Below are positions 1 to 13,712 of a stretch of DNA of 64,000 bases, piece after piece. The DNA is from Candidatus Sericytochromatia bacterium (GTDB lineage Bacteria > Cyanobacteriota > Sericytochromatia > S15B-MN24 > UBA4093): positions 32,001 to 96,000 of the forward strand of contig JAKFBU010000027.1 in NCBI GenBank assembly GCA_036676985.1, given 5' to 3'. Position numbers and translations under genes: made by a program. Position 1 is the stretch's first letter. Each line of letters starts with the position of its first letter. The notes beneath the pieces are model-generated. The model saw only the letters and a list, made by a program, of their open reading frames with translations. It ran no database searches and was not told the DNA's origin.

Positions 1-1410
1 AAGCTCTCGGATCTGTTCGGCCGGCGGCCCCTGATCCTCGGCGGCATCTTCCTCTTCACGCTCGGCGCCTTGCTGTCGGGCATGGCCCAGGACATGACCC
101 AGCTCATCCTCTTCCGGGCCCTGCAGGGACTCGGGGCGAGCGCCATGATGCCCGTGGCGTTCGCCGTGGTGGCCGACCTCTACCCGCCTGCCGAGCGGGG
201 CAAGTCCCAGGGGCTCATCGGGGCCGCCTTCGGCGTGGCGAGCCTCATCGGCCCGTTGGCGGGCGGCTGGATCACGGATAATTCCTCCTGGCGCTGGGCC
301 TTCTGGGTCAACGTGCCGGTGGGCCTCCTGACGTTCGTGTACTCGTACTACGTCCTGCCGCACAAGCAGCGCGAGCATGGCGCCGTCAGCATCGACTACC
401 TGGGAGCCCTCTTCCTGGTGCTTGCCGCCACTCCCTTGCTGTTGCTGGCGAGCTTCGGCGGGCGGGAGTTCGCCTGGCTCTCACCCGCGAGCCTCGGGCT
501 CATGGCACTGGTCTTGGCGAGCAGTATCGCCTTTGTGTGGACCGAGCGTCGCGCCAAGGATCCCATCCTGCCCCTGGCCCTCTTCCGGAACCCCATCTTC
601 ACGGTCTCGGTGACGGCCTCTCTGCTCATCGGCGTCATCATGTTCGGCAACACCATGTTCATCCCGCTCTTCGTCCAGGGCGTCATCGGGACGTCGGCCA
701 CCGCGGCGGGCATGGTCCTGACGCCCATGATGCTCAGCAACGTCGCGGGCAGCATGATCAGCGGCAACCTCGCCTCGCGCACGGGGCACTACCGTTGGCT
801 CGCCATTTCCGGCCTCGCCGTGATGGTCATCGGCGCGTTCTTGCTGACGCGGATGTCCGAGGCGACGTCCAGCGTTCAGGCGCTCGTCAACATGGTCGTG
901 GTGGGCTTCGGGCTGGGCGCGACCATGCCCATCTTCGTGCTGGCGGTGCAGAATGCGGCCCCGCCGCAGCTCATCGGGGCGGTCACGTCGCTGATCCAGT
1001 TCTTCCGCACCATGGGCGGCACGCTCGGCGTGGCGATCCTGGGCGGCATCCTGACGCACCACACGACGAGCGAGCTCCACGAACGCTTCCCGGCGCTGCC
1101 GGCGGACCGGATCCCGAATCCTCAGGTCCTGCTGTCCCCCGAAGCGATCGGCCGGCTGCCGGCAGAGCTCGTGGAGGCGCTGCGCTCCGTGCTGATGCAC
1201 GGGCTGCACCACGTCTTCCTGTACGGTCTGGGCATCACGGTGGCGGGCTTCGCCATCACGCTCTTCCTCCAGGAGATCCCGCTGCGCAAGGTGGCGCGCC
1301 CTTCGATCGAGGAGGCCACCGAGGAGCTGGCGGCCGAGGGCATGCCGGGCATGGTCCTGCGTCCCGAGGACGAGCCGGACCTGACGGGACGGACGGAGAA
1401 CGGGCGCTAA
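1..1410 (+). CDS. MFS drug:H+ antiporter, DHA2 (EmrB/QacA) family; 5'-truncated by window edge
   Basis: Frame open from base 1 (KLSDLFGRRP = MFS motif A); RALQGLG, GPLAGGWI, WRWAFWVNVP, PILPLALF motifs; many TM helices. Confidence 0.93.
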   Translation, partial: KLSDLFGRRPLILGGIFLFTLGALLSGMAQDMTQLILFRALQGLGASAMMPVAFAVVADLYPPAERGKSQGLIGAAFGVASLIGPLAGGWITDNSSWRWAFWVNVPVGLLTFVYSYYVLPHKQREHGAVSIDYLGALFLVLAATPLLLLASFGGREFAWLSPASLGLMALVLASSIAFVWTERRAKDPILPLALFRNPIFTVSVTASLLIGVIMFGNTMFIPLFVQGVIGTSATAAGMVLTPMMLSNVAGSMISGNLASRTGHYRWLAISGLAVMVIGAFLLTRMSEATSSVQALVNMVVVGFGLGATMPIFVLAVQNAAPPQLIGAVTSLIQFFRTMGGTLGVAILGGILTHHTTSELHERFPALPADRIPNPQVLLSPEAIGRLPAELVEALRSVLMHGLHHVFLYGLGITVAGFAITLFLQEIPLRKVARPSIEEATEELAAEGMPGMVLRPEDEPDLTGRTENGR

Positions 1411-1455
1411 AGCTATGGCGCCTGGGAGCGCCGGCGCTCCCAGGTGAAGGTCGCT

Positions 1456-1815
1456 CTACTTGAGCGCCGCGGCCGCCAGCAGCAGGTCCGTGAGCCCCGG
1501 CCGCTCCAGATCCGATGCCCCTGTGATCTTCACGTGCCGCATGTGCTTGCCCGTGCCCCGCAACAGCCCTGCGGGGTCCGGCAAGCTCGTCCCCTTGTAG
1601 AAGCCCAGGTTCACGTCCCGCTTGTGCGCCGAGACGAAGCAAACCGCCCCGATCACCTTGCCTGCGGTCGTCCCGTAGATCAGGGCTCCCCAGCCCAGGT
1701 GTACGTACTCCACCAGCCCGGGCAGGGTTTGCTGGACCAGCGCCCGGGTCTGCAGCGCGAGCTCCCGGATCTCGGGGGTGAAGGCGGCCAGGTAGGTCTC
1801 GAGGTCTTGGCTCAT
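1456..1815 (-). CDS. DUF1801 (YdhG-like) domain protein
   Basis: 119 aa; VNLGFYKGTSLPDPAGLLRGTGKHMRHVKI pattern typical of DUF1801. Confidence 0.8.
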   Translation of the reverse strand: MSQDLETYLAAFTPEIRELALQTRALVQQTLPGLVEYVHLGWGALIYGTTAGKVIGAVCFVSAHKRDVNLGFYKGTSLPDPAGLLRGTGKHMRHVKITGASDLERPGLTDLLLAAAALK

Positions 1816-1845
1816 GGGGCCTTCATACCCGCCGAGCGATCGTCG

Positions 1846-1880
1846 AAAAAGCGTTCCCCCGACCGTAGTCGGGGGAACGC
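1846..1880 (-). terminator. Rho-independent terminator
   Basis: 13-bp stem gcgttcccccgac/gtcgggggaacgc (1851-1880), A5 at 1846-1850 gives a U tract on the minus strand, just after the 1905 stop. Confidence 0.8.
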
Positions 1881-1904
1881 CGGGAAGGATGGGTCAGGAG
1901 CGAG

Positions 1905-2174
1905 TTAGTAGCCGTCGATGCACGCGCTGAGGTGGTCGTAATACTGCTGGTTCGACATGGGAGGGTCGTTCTTCAGGGCGGCCACCCTCAGCGTCTGCTG
2001 ATTGCTGGTGTGGATGGCGGCCGCGACCGCCTTGGCGATCTCGTAGCCGAACTCCGTGAGGACTTCCGGAAGGTGGTCGGCCTTGTCCACGGCATGGATT
2101 CGCTCGACCGATCGGTTGATCTGACCACCGATCAGGTCCACCAGTTCCGCTTCCGACATCAACGTCGCCGTCAT
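1905..2174 (-). CDS. small hypothetical protein (89 aa)
   Basis: AGGAGA RBS before ATG at 2174, GC3-rich codons, followed by a terminator. Confidence 0.7.
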   Translation of the reverse strand: MTATLMSEAELVDLIGGQINRSVERIHAVDKADHLPEVLTEFGYEIAKAVAAAIHTSNQQTLRVAALKNDPPMSNQQYYDHLSACIDGY

Positions 2175-2327
2175 GGCCACTCTCCTGCTGGATCTCACGG
2201 GCGTTCCCTGCCGCCACGAGATCCAGGATACCCGTGCGGTCCGGGTGGTGTCACCGGAGTTTCCACGGATATTTCGCCACGAAAAAGCGGACGGGTCCGA
2301 TGGACCCGTCCGCCGCGCGAAACGCCG

Positions 2328-3764
2328 TTACTCGACGGCCTTGACCAGATCCTCGATGACCTTCTTGGCGTCGCCGAAGACCATCATGGTCTTGTCCATG
2401 TAGAAGAGCTCGTTGTCGAGCCCCGCGTAGCCCGAGGCCATCGAACGCTTGTTGACGATGACGGTCTTGGCCTTGTACGCGTCCAGGATGGGCATGCCCG
2501 CGATGGGCGACTTGGGGTCGGTCTTCGCGGCGGGGTTGACGACGTCGTTCGCGCCCACCACCAGGACCACGTCCGCCTGGCCGAACTCGCTGTTGATGTC
2601 CTCCATCTCGAAGACCTGGTCGTAGGGGACCTCGGCCTCCGCCAGGAGCACGTTCATGTGGCCCGGCATGCGGCCGGCGACCGGGTGAATGGCGTACTTG
2701 ACGTTGACGCCCTTGTGGATGAGCTTTTCGGTCAGCTCCTTGAGGGCGTGCTGGGCGCGCGCCACCGCCAGGCCGTAGCCCGGGACGATGATGACGGTCT
2801 CGGCGTTGCTCATGATGAAGGCCGCGTCGTCCGGCGAGCCAGACTTGACGCTGCGCTGGGCACCGCCCGCCGCCGCACCGGCGTCCGAGGCCTCGCCGCC
2901 GAAGCCGCCGAGGATGACGCTGATGAACGAGCGGTTCATCGCCTTACACATGATGTAGGACAGGATGGCGCCCGACGAGCCGACGAGCGAGCCTGCGATG
3001 ATGAGCATCGAGTTGTTGAGCGAGAAGCCGATGCCGGCCGCCGCCCAGCCCGAGTACGAGTTGAGCATCGAGACGACGACGGGCATGTCGGCGCCGCCGA
3101 TGGGGATGATCATGGTCACGCCCAGGATGAACGCGATCGCGAGCATCGCCAGGAACGGCATCCACTGCTGCGTCACCGCGAACGCGACGCCGAAGCCGAT
3201 CATGGCCAGGCCGAGCAGGAGGTTCAGCTGGTGCTGACCCTTGAAGACGACCGGAGCACCCTGGAACAGGCGGAACTTGTACTTACCGGACAGCTTGCCG
3301 AACGCGATCACCGAACCCGAGAAGGTGATGGCGCCGACGAAGGTGCCGATGAACAGCTCCACGCGGTTGCCGACGGGGATGACGCTGTCGGGGCTGATCC
3401 CGAAGGCCTGGGGCTCCGAGACGACGGCGATCGCGATGGCGACGGCCGCCAGACCGATCAGCGAGTGCATGGCCGCGACCAGCTCGGGCATCTTCGTCAT
3501 CTCGACCTTCTTGGCCAGGATGGCGCCGATGCTGCCGCCGACCAGGAGGCCGGCGCCGATGAGGCCGAGGCCGATGCCCATGGTCGAGGGATCCGGGTGG
3601 TGGCTCACGATCAGCCCGATGGTCGTCAGGATGGCGATCGCCATGCCCACCATGCCGAAGGTGTTACCGCGACGGGCGGTGGCGGGGTGCGAGAGGCCCT
3701 TGAGCGCCTGGATGAAGCAAACCGACGCGATCAGGTAGAGCAGTGCTACGAGGTTCATGCTCAT
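2328..3764 (-). CDS. pntB: NAD(P)+ transhydrogenase beta subunit
   Basis: [71 protein letters not shown]. Confidence 0.97.
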   Translation of the reverse strand: MSMNLVALLYLIASVCFIQALKGLSHPATARRGNTFGMVGMAIAILTTIGLIVSHHPDPSTMGIGLGLIGAGLLVGGSIGAILAKKVEMTKMPELVAAMHSLIGLAAVAIAIAVVSEPQAFGISPDSVIPVGNRVELFIGTFVGAITFSGSVIAFGKLSGKYKFRLFQGAPVVFKGQHQLNLLLGLAMIGFGVAFAVTQQWMPFLAMLAIAFILGVTMIIPIGGADMPVVVSMLNSYSGWAAAGIGFSLNNSMLIIAGSLVGSSGAILSYIMCKAMNRSFISVILGGFGGEASDAGAAAGGAQRSVKSGSPDDAAFIMSNAETVIIVPGYGLAVARAQHALKELTEKLIHKGVNVKYAIHPVAGRMPGHMNVLLAEAEVPYDQVFEMEDINSEFGQADVVLVVGANDVVNPAAKTDPKSPIAGMPILDAYKAKTVIVNKRSMASGYAGLDNELFYMDKTMMVFGDAKKVIEDLVKAVE

Positions 3765-4084
3765 TTTTCGGCTCCTTGGCCGCTGGTGCGCGGCTTGCTT
3801 TCTTTCTTCTTGAACATCTCGAGCATGCGCTGCGTGACCAGGAAGCCGCCAAACACGTTGACGGCCGCCAGGGCAACGGCCAAGACGCCCATGGATTGTC
3901 CGACGAGGCCCATCGTCTGGCCGGCGGCCAGCATGGCGCCGACGATGATGATGGCCGAGATCGCGTTGGTGACCGCCATCAGGGGCGTATGCAGAGCGGG
4001 CGTGACGCTCCAGACCACGTGGTAGCCCACGTAGATCGCCAACACGAAGATGATGAGGTTGGTAATGGTATGGCTGATTTCCAT
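3761..4084 (-). CDS. pntAB: NAD(P)+ transhydrogenase alpha-2 (membrane) subunit
   Basis: [33 protein letters not shown]; 4-bp overlap with pntB. Confidence 0.95.
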   Translation of the reverse strand: MEISHTITNLIIFVLAIYVGYHVVWSVTPALHTPLMAVTNAISAIIIVGAMLAAGQTMGLVGQSMGVLAVALAAVNVFGGFLVTQRMLEMFKKKESKPRTSGQGAEK

Positions 4085-4098
4085 TCGTTCGCCCTTCC

Positions 4099-5214
4099 CT
4101 ACTTCTTCAGCACTTCGCCGTCGGCGCAGAGCAGCGTCGCGGCGACGATCTCGTCCTCGCGGTTGATGGCGAGGGCGCCTTCCTTGTCCACGATGAGCTT
4201 CATGAAGTCGAGCACGTTGCGGGCGTACAGGCTCGAGGCGTCAGCCGCCACGAGCGCGGGCAGGTTGGTCTCGCCCACGATGTGCACGCCGTACTTCGTC
4301 ACGGTCTTGCCCGCCTCCGAGAGGGGGCAGTTGCCGCCCTGCTCGACTGCGAGGTCCACGATGACCGAGCCCGGCTTCATGGCCTTCACCGTCTCCTCGC
4401 TGATGAGCGTCGGCGCCTTGCGGCCCGGGATCAGCGCGGTGGTGATGATGATGTCCGCCTGCTTGGCGCGCTCGTGGACGAGCTCCGCCTGGCGGCGCAT
4501 CCAGTCGGGAGGCATGGGGCGGGCGTAACCGCCGACGCCCTGCGCGATCTCGCGCTCCTCGTCCGTCAGGAAGGGCACGTCGATGAACTTGGCGCCGAGC
4601 GATTCCACCTGCTCCTTGACGGCAGGACGAACGTCGGAGGCCTCGATGACCGCGCCCAGGCGCTTGGCCGTGGCGATCGCCTGCAGGCCCGCGACGCCCG
4701 CGCCCATGATGAGCACGCGGGCCGCCTTGACGGTGCCGGCGGCGGTCATGAGCATCGGCATGAACCGCTGGTAGATGTTGGCGGCGAGCATGACGGCCTT
4801 GTAGCCCGCGATGTTGGCCTGCGAGGACAGGACGTCCATCGACTGGGCCCGGGTGATGCGCGGGGCGGCCTCGAGGGCGAACGCCGTGAGCTGGCTCGCG
4901 GCCATGGCGGCGATGTTGTCCGTGTCGAAGGGGTTGAGCATGCCGATGACGACGGCCTTGGGCTTCATCATGCCGCGCTCGTCGTCCGACGGCCGGCGGA
5001 CCTTCAGGACCATCTCGGCCCCGAGCGCGTCGGCCGCCGAGCCGATCTCGGCGCCGGCCTGCCGGTAGGCCTCGTCCGGGATGCTGGCGCCGGCGCCGGC
5101 GCCGGACTGGACGATGATCCGGTGCTTGCCGGCGATGAGCTTCTTGACGGTCTCGGGGGTGGCGGCCACGCGGGCTTCACCAGGCCACGTCTCGGCGGGA
5201 ATGCCGATTATCAT
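4099..5214 (-). CDS. pntAA: NAD(P)+ transhydrogenase alpha-1 (NAD-binding) subunit
   Basis: [57 protein letters not shown]; RBS supports the 5214 start. Confidence 0.96.
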   Translation of the reverse strand: MIIGIPAETWPGEARVAATPETVKKLIAGKHRIIVQSGAGAGASIPDEAYRQAGAEIGSAADALGAEMVLKVRRPSDDERGMMKPKAVVIGMLNPFDTDNIAAMAASQLTAFALEAAPRITRAQSMDVLSSQANIAGYKAVMLAANIYQRFMPMLMTAAGTVKAARVLIMGAGVAGLQAIATAKRLGAVIEASDVRPAVKEQVESLGAKFIDVPFLTDEEREIAQGVGGYARPMPPDWMRRQAELVHERAKQADIIITTALIPGRKAPTLISEETVKAMKPGSVIVDLAVEQGGNCPLSEAGKTVTKYGVHIVGETNLPALVAADASSLYARNVLDFMKLIVDKEGALAINREDEIVAATLLCADGEVLKK

Positions 5215-5416
5215 GTGTTCCTCCCTAACTAGTTGTGCGTTGGAGACCATTCCTTAGAGCGACAGCGATGCGTCGAACATCGACTGTTCAGGCGTTCATT
5301 ATGCCACGTTCTAGGTTGAGAGCCATTATGTCGCAGGTAGGACGGTTTCTGGTCCGTAATTATCCCTCGAAATGGCGTGAAACCTTTCTGTGACCGGGAC
5401 GTTTGCCATTAAACGG

Positions 5417-5451
5417 GCCAGAACCCCCGATGCGCGATCGGGGGTTCTGGC
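5417..5451 (-). terminator. hairpin / probable terminator downstream of PFOR
   Basis: 15-bp perfect stem gccagaacccccgat/atcgggggttctggc with 5-nt loop; weak U tract. Confidence 0.6.
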
Positions 5452-5552
5452 ATATACGGCCTGATTTCGGGAACTTTCCGACATGTTGCCGCTGGATGCG
5501 GCGCGATCATCGGGAATTAGAGCGTTCCAATCAGTCGAAGGCTCAATTCGCC

Positions 5553-9158
<3,606 letters not shown>

Positions 9159-9179
9159 CGTTCTGTCCTTTCACGTCGA

Positions 9180-10061
9180 CTAGTACGTCTCAACGTGCCA
9201 GCGCTTGGTCTTCTTGAGGTCGTCCCGCATGGCGGTCCAGTCGGCGCCGTGGCGGGCGGCCACCTCGGTCAGGGCCGCCTCGATGCCCTCTTCCATGCCC
9301 TTGAGGCCGCACATGTAGAAGTAGGTGTTCGCGGCCGAGAGCATGGGCCAGAGCTCGTCACCACGCTCGAGGATGCGGTGCTGAACGTACATGCGCTTGC
9401 CTTCGGCGGTCTGCTGCTCGCGGCTGATGGCCCAGATGGCCTCGAAGCTCGGGTGCGCGGCCTGGGCGGCCTCGAACTCTTCTCGGTAGAGCATCTGCGA
9501 GGTGTACTGCATGCCGAAGAACAGCCGGGCCTGGCCTGCGAATTGGCTGCCCGGCCGGAGGAGCTGCCCGACGAAGCCGCGGAAGGGGGCGATGCCCGTC
9601 CCGGTCGCGAGCATCACGACGTTCGCCGCCGGGTCCTCGGGCAGGAGGAACGTCCGACCCACGGGGCCCGTCAGCTGGACGACGTCGCCGGGTTGCAGGT
9701 CGCACAGGTAGTTGGAGCAGGGGCCCTTGACCTCGACGCCCTCGTCGTTGGTGTAGACGACGCGCTTGACGCAGAGCGTGACGCTCTTGCCGTCACGCGC
9801 CTCGCCGTCGTGGGTCGAGGCGATCGAGTAGAGGCGCAGCTTGAGAGGCTTGCCGTCCTGGTCGACGCCGGGCGGGAGGATGCCGACGCTCTGGCCCTCC
9901 AGATAGCGGAAATCCGCCCCCGAGGTGTCGAACACCAGGTGGCGGACGTCGGGCTGGTCCTCGGGCGAGAGGCGGGTGTTGCTGATCAGCTTGCAGGGAA
10001 GCGGCGCGTTGGGCCTGAAAAGGTTGATGGGCACCTCGCGGGTGACGACTGGCGTGCTCAT
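9180..10061 (-). CDS. petH: ferredoxin--NADP+ reductase, plastid/cyanobacterial type, short form without CpcD domain
   Basis: LRLYSIAS, SNYLCDL, MLATGTGIAPFR, MYVQHRI, YMCGLKGMEEGI, terminal WHVETY; AAGGGAG RBS before ATG 10061. Confidence 0.92.
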   Translation of the reverse strand: MSTPVVTREVPINLFRPNAPLPCKLISNTRLSPEDQPDVRHLVFDTSGADFRYLEGQSVGILPPGVDQDGKPLKLRLYSIASTHDGEARDGKSVTLCVKRVVYTNDEGVEVKGPCSNYLCDLQPGDVVQLTGPVGRTFLLPEDPAANVVMLATGTGIAPFRGFVGQLLRPGSQFAGQARLFFGMQYTSQMLYREEFEAAQAAHPSFEAIWAISREQQTAEGKRMYVQHRILERGDELWPMLSAANTYFYMCGLKGMEEGIEAALTEVAARHGADWTAMRDDLKKTKRWHVETY

Positions 10062-10414
10062 TGGATGGCTATCTCCCTTCCGACGGTACGAGCGGTGCGG
10101 CCTTCGGTCCCTTGCGCCCTGGAACGGCGCGAGCGGACACATGGGCCCGTTGGTCAGCATTGTCACGCAAGTCGGGGGGCATGAAGTCCGTAATAGCCCG
10201 ATCAGATCGAAACATCCCCCTTGAAGGCGTCGATGAGGGGCCCGTTTATTAGAAAAGCCTCATTTCTTGGCTGGTAAGCAAGCCATCGCCATTCGGAGGG
10301 CGTTCCGGCACGACGTTGTCGCAGTTCGCGCAACTTTTACGGATTCCCGGGCCCGGGTTCATGGCTACAATCCCTGGACGCTAGGATCCCCTTACATGCC
10401 AACTGGAGCGAACG

Positions 10415-10648
10415 ATGGCTGATACGAGCGAGAGATTTGACGACAACGTGGCCGGCCGCTACTACGTCGATGCCACGTGCATCGTCTGTGGTGCCTGCGA
10501 GGGTACGGCCCCCGACAACATCCGCCTGTCGGATGACGGATCCCACGACGTCGTGTACAAGCAGCCGGAGAACGACGGTGAGGAGCAGGCCATGCAGGAG
10601 GCCATCGAAGGCTGCCCCGTGGGAGCCATCGGCGACGACGGCGAGTAG
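10415..10648 (+). CDS. acidic single-cluster [4Fe-4S]/[3Fe-4S] ferredoxin
   Basis: CIVCGAC...CPVGAI; very acidic 77 aa; GGAG RBS. Confidence 0.9.
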   Translation: MADTSERFDDNVAGRYYVDATCIVCGACEGTAPDNIRLSDDGSHDVVYKQPENDGEEQAMQEAIEGCPVGAIGDDGE

Positions 10649-10672
10649 CCTGCCCTCGAAATGAGCGGATCT

Positions 10673-10701
10673 GCGACCCCCGGCGACTCGTCGGGGGTCG
10701 C
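10673..10701 (+). terminator. hairpin after ferredoxin (terminator or stabiliser)
   Basis: gcgaccccc/gggggtcgc stem; no clear U tract. Confidence 0.4.
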
Positions 10702-10823
10702 GCGCCAGCACGGTCCGCTCGTCGGCTTGCAGGATGTCTGAGATAATGATGGCTTGAGGGCTATGCCCTGATGCGACAGCGGAATGCAACGTGGCAGGCC
10801 GCACGACCGATGGAGATCGACCC

Positions 10824-12098
10824 ATGACCTTTGAGCGCCCGCGCTACTCGCCCGAAACCCTCATGATGAGCCACGGCTATGACCCCTTCCTCTCCGAGGG
10901 GGCCATCAAGCCGCCCATCTTCATGACATCCACCTTCGCCTTTCGCACCGCCGAGGAAGGCGAGCAGTACTTCAAGTGGGCCTACGGCCTCGAGCAGCGC
11001 GAGCGCGACCAGACCATGGGGCTCATCTACTCGCGCCTCAACAACCCGGGCATTCAGATCCTGGAGGAGCGCCTGGCGCTCTGGGACGAGGCCGAGATGT
11101 CCCTGGGCTTCGCGAGCGGTATGGCGGCCATCAGCACGTCGATCCTCGCCCATGCCAAGCCCGGTGACGTCATCCTCTACAGCATGCCGGTCTACGGCGG
11201 CACCGAGTACCTGTTCGAGCAGATCCTGCCCAAGTTCGGCATCGAGACCCGCTCTTTCCCGGCGGACATGCCCCTGGCCCAGGTCGAGCTGCTCATGGCC
11301 GAGCTGGGCGATCGCCTCGCCATCGTCTACCTGGAGAGCCCGGCGAACCCCACCAACTGCCTCCTCGACATCGCGGGCATCGCCCGGGTGGCCAAGCAGG
11401 TGCGCCCGGAGACGCTGACGTTCGTGGACAACACCTTCCTGGGGCCGGTCTTCCAGAAGCCGCTCCTCCTGGGCGCGGACCTGGTGCTCTACTCGGCGAC
11501 CAAGTACCTGAGCGGCCACAGCGACGTCATCGCCGGGGCCGTGTCGGGTGCGCAGGCGGTGGTGGAGCCCATCGGCCTCTACCGGACCATCACGGGCTCC
11601 ATGCCCGATCCGTTCACCTGCTGGCTCCTGTTGCGATCGCTCGAGACGCTCAAGATCCGCATGGAGACCCAGGCGACCAACGCCCGTCAGATCGCCCGGT
11701 TCCTCGCAGCTCACCCGAACGTCGGCCAGGTCTTCTACCCGGCGCTGCTCGAGCCCGACAGCCCCCAGTACGCCATCTTCCAGTCCCAGTGCACCGGGGC
11801 GGGCGCCATCGTCTCCTTCGAGATCAAGGGCGGCAAGGCCGAGGCCTTCCGCTTCCTGAACGCGGTGAAACTGTGCAAGCTCGCCGTGAGCCTCGGCGGC
11901 ACCGAGAGCCTGGTCGAGCACCCGGCGACCATGACCCACAGCGACATCCCCGCAGACGTCCAAGAGCGCTACGGCATCACCGAGCGCCTGATCCGGCTGT
12001 CGGTGGGCGTCGAGAATCCCGCGGACCTCATGGACGACCTGTCGCAGGCCCTCGAGCGGAGCCAGGCGGTGCCGCAGGCCTACACCTACGAGGTGTAG
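10824..12098 (+). CDS. Cys/Met metabolism PLP enzyme, methionine gamma-lyase / cystathionine gamma-synthase family
   Basis: PPIFMTSTF, YSRLNNP, ASGMAAI, YGGT, ESPANPT, VDNTF, SATKYLSGHSD (PLP Lys), VSLGGTESL, IRLSVGVE. Confidence 0.92.
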   Translation: MTFERPRYSPETLMMSHGYDPFLSEGAIKPPIFMTSTFAFRTAEEGEQYFKWAYGLEQRERDQTMGLIYSRLNNPGIQILEERLALWDEAEMSLGFASGMAAISTSILAHAKPGDVILYSMPVYGGTEYLFEQILPKFGIETRSFPADMPLAQVELLMAELGDRLAIVYLESPANPTNCLLDIAGIARVAKQVRPETLTFVDNTFLGPVFQKPLLLGADLVLYSATKYLSGHSDVIAGAVSGAQAVVEPIGLYRTITGSMPDPFTCWLLLRSLETLKIRMETQATNARQIARFLAAHPNVGQVFYPALLEPDSPQYAIFQSQCTGAGAIVSFEIKGGKAEAFRFLNAVKLCKLAVSLGGTESLVEHPATMTHSDIPADVQERYGITERLIRLSVGVENPADLMDDLSQALERSQAVPQAYTYEV

Positions 12099-12101
12099 CG
12101 T

Positions 12102-12484
12102 TCAGTCCTCGCCGAGCCCGGCGCCGCCCTCGCGCACGCAGCTCGTGCCGGCCGACCCTCCGATGTAGCAGGCGCGGGCCCCGCTCAGGGCCGCCCCCAT
12201 GAACTGGGCCCGCCGCATGCCGAACTCCAGGACCGGCTCGCTTTCCGCCGCATGGCAGATCCGCGCCGCCTTGGTCGTGAACAGGGTCCCGGCGTTGAGG
12301 AAGTTGAGCACCGCCGACTCGAGGTACTTGGCCTGCCAAACGGGACCCGTCACGCGCACCAGGGGCTCGTGGGCAAAGACGAGCGTGCCCTCGGGCATGG
12401 CGTCCACCGAGCACTCGATGCGGCTGTCCAATGGGCATAGGCCATCGTCAGCTGGTAGAAATCGGTGAACAGGGCCTGGGCCAT
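12102..12484 (-). pseudogene. pncB: nicotinate phosphoribosyltransferase remnant (frameshift, internal deletion, truncation)
   Basis: AGGAGG + [19 protein letters not shown] in one frame, then [20 protein letters not shown]...TKAARI...LEFGMRRAQ...[13 protein letters not shown] in another; about 125 codons versus roughly 450-490 aa for intact enzymes. Confidence 0.85.
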
Positions 12485-12673
12485 GCCGACCTCCTCGCTT
12501 CGCCTCGCCTTCCCATGGTGGGGCCAACGCGGGCCGAACGAAAGGCCCGATTGGCCGCTAAAGCCGCGTGGCGACTGGAAGCCCCCGCATGGCGATCCGT
12601 AGAGAATACGGATGGCTTCGATTAGCTCCATGACTATATTTGAGGCATAAAGCGATACTGATGAGTTTGCCAT

Positions 12674-12692
12674 AATAACGATTTTTATTATC
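12674..12692 (-). promoter_or_regulatory. Fur-box-like operator
   Basis: GATAATAAAAATCGTTATT on the minus strand matches 15/19 of GATAATGATAATCATTATC; lies in an AT-rich island. Confidence 0.5.
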
Positions 12693-12777
12693 AGAGCCGA
12701 GGTCGTTGCGGTGGGCGGACATCGGCTCGCGCATGCCCCGGGCCGGCTGGTCACGGGGCCAGGGAAGGAGAAAGATC

Positions 12778-13530
12778 GTGGGAACATATAACTTCGAAGG
12801 CAAGGTCGCCATCGTCACGGGCGGCGCGTCCGGCATCGGCGAAGCCTGCGTCAAGCAGTTCGCGGCGGGCGGCGCCCAGGTCGTGGTGGCGGACATCAAC
12901 GCCGAGGCGGCCGAGAAGACCGCTCAGGCCCTGCGCGACGGCGGCGCCAAGGCGGCGGCGGTGCGCGTGAACGTCGGCGAGGCGGCCTCGGTCGAGGCCA
13001 TGGTCCGCTTCGCGGTGGACACCTTCGGCGGCGTCGACATCATCGTCAACAACGCGGGCATCGGCGGCGCGAGCGCGCCCACCGGCGAGTACCCGGTCGC
13101 AGACTGGCAGAAGGTCCTCGACATCAACCTGAGCGGCGTGTTCTACGGCATGCACTTCGCCATTCCCGAGATGCTCAAGCGGGGCGGCGGGGCGATCGTC
13201 AACATCGCCTCCATCCTGGGCTCGGTGGGCTTCGCCGGTTCGCCCGCCTACGTCGCGGCCAAGCACGGCGTGGTCGGCCTGACCAAGTCCACCGCCCTCG
13301 AGTACGCCACCCAGGGCGTGCGCGTCAACAGCGTCGGCCCCGGCTTCATCGCCACCCCGCTGCTCGGGCCCCACGCGGAGATGCTGAAGGGCATCGCCGA
13401 CCTGCATGCCATGAAGCGCCTGGGTCAGGCCGAAGAGGTCGCGAACCTGGTCGTCTTCCTGGCGTCGCCGGAGGCCTCGTTCGTCACGGGCAGCTACCAC
13501 CTGGTGGACGGCGGCTACACGGCGCCCTAG
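12778..13530 (+). CDS. classical short-chain dehydrogenase/reductase
   Basis: TGGASGIG, NNAG, YVAAK, GPGFIATP; AAGGAG RBS before GTG 12778. Confidence 0.92.
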   Translation: MGTYNFEGKVAIVTGGASGIGEACVKQFAAGGAQVVVADINAEAAEKTAQALRDGGAKAAAVRVNVGEAASVEAMVRFAVDTFGGVDIIVNNAGIGGASAPTGEYPVADWQKVLDINLSGVFYGMHFAIPEMLKRGGGAIVNIASILGSVGFAGSPAYVAAKHGVVGLTKSTALEYATQGVRVNSVGPGFIATPLLGPHAEMLKGIADLHAMKRLGQAEEVANLVVFLASPEASFVTGSYHLVDGGYTAP

Positions 13531-13550
13531 CACGCCGAAAGCGTCTCACG

Positions 13551-13590
13551 GCGGGTCCCCCCGGTCTTCGGGGGGACCCGCGCTCTTTCG
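13551..13590 (+). terminator. Rho-independent terminator
   Basis: 13-bp stem gcgggtccccccg/cggggggacccgc followed by a pyrimidine-rich tail. Confidence 0.7.
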
Positions 13591-13712
13591 GTCAAGGGAC
13601 GAAGCGGCGGCGAGAATTCGTCGGCTTCCCCATGCCCCTCTTGCCCTCGGTAATGCTACGGTGCCAACGCGCCTGGAAAGGCACCGTCGTTCGTCCGATT
13701 CGGGAGGGAAGC

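Noticed and set aside
10316-10333. Rex-like box between petH and ferredoxin
   Set aside because: About 8 of 14 consensus positions match; too weak
12618-12640. NrtR box upstream of the pncB remnant
   Set aside because: Only one half-site (TATAGTCA on the minus strand) matches
12658-12700. CTGATGAG as a hammerhead ribozyme core
   Set aside because: No stem II followed by GAAA and no compatible stems or cleavage triplet
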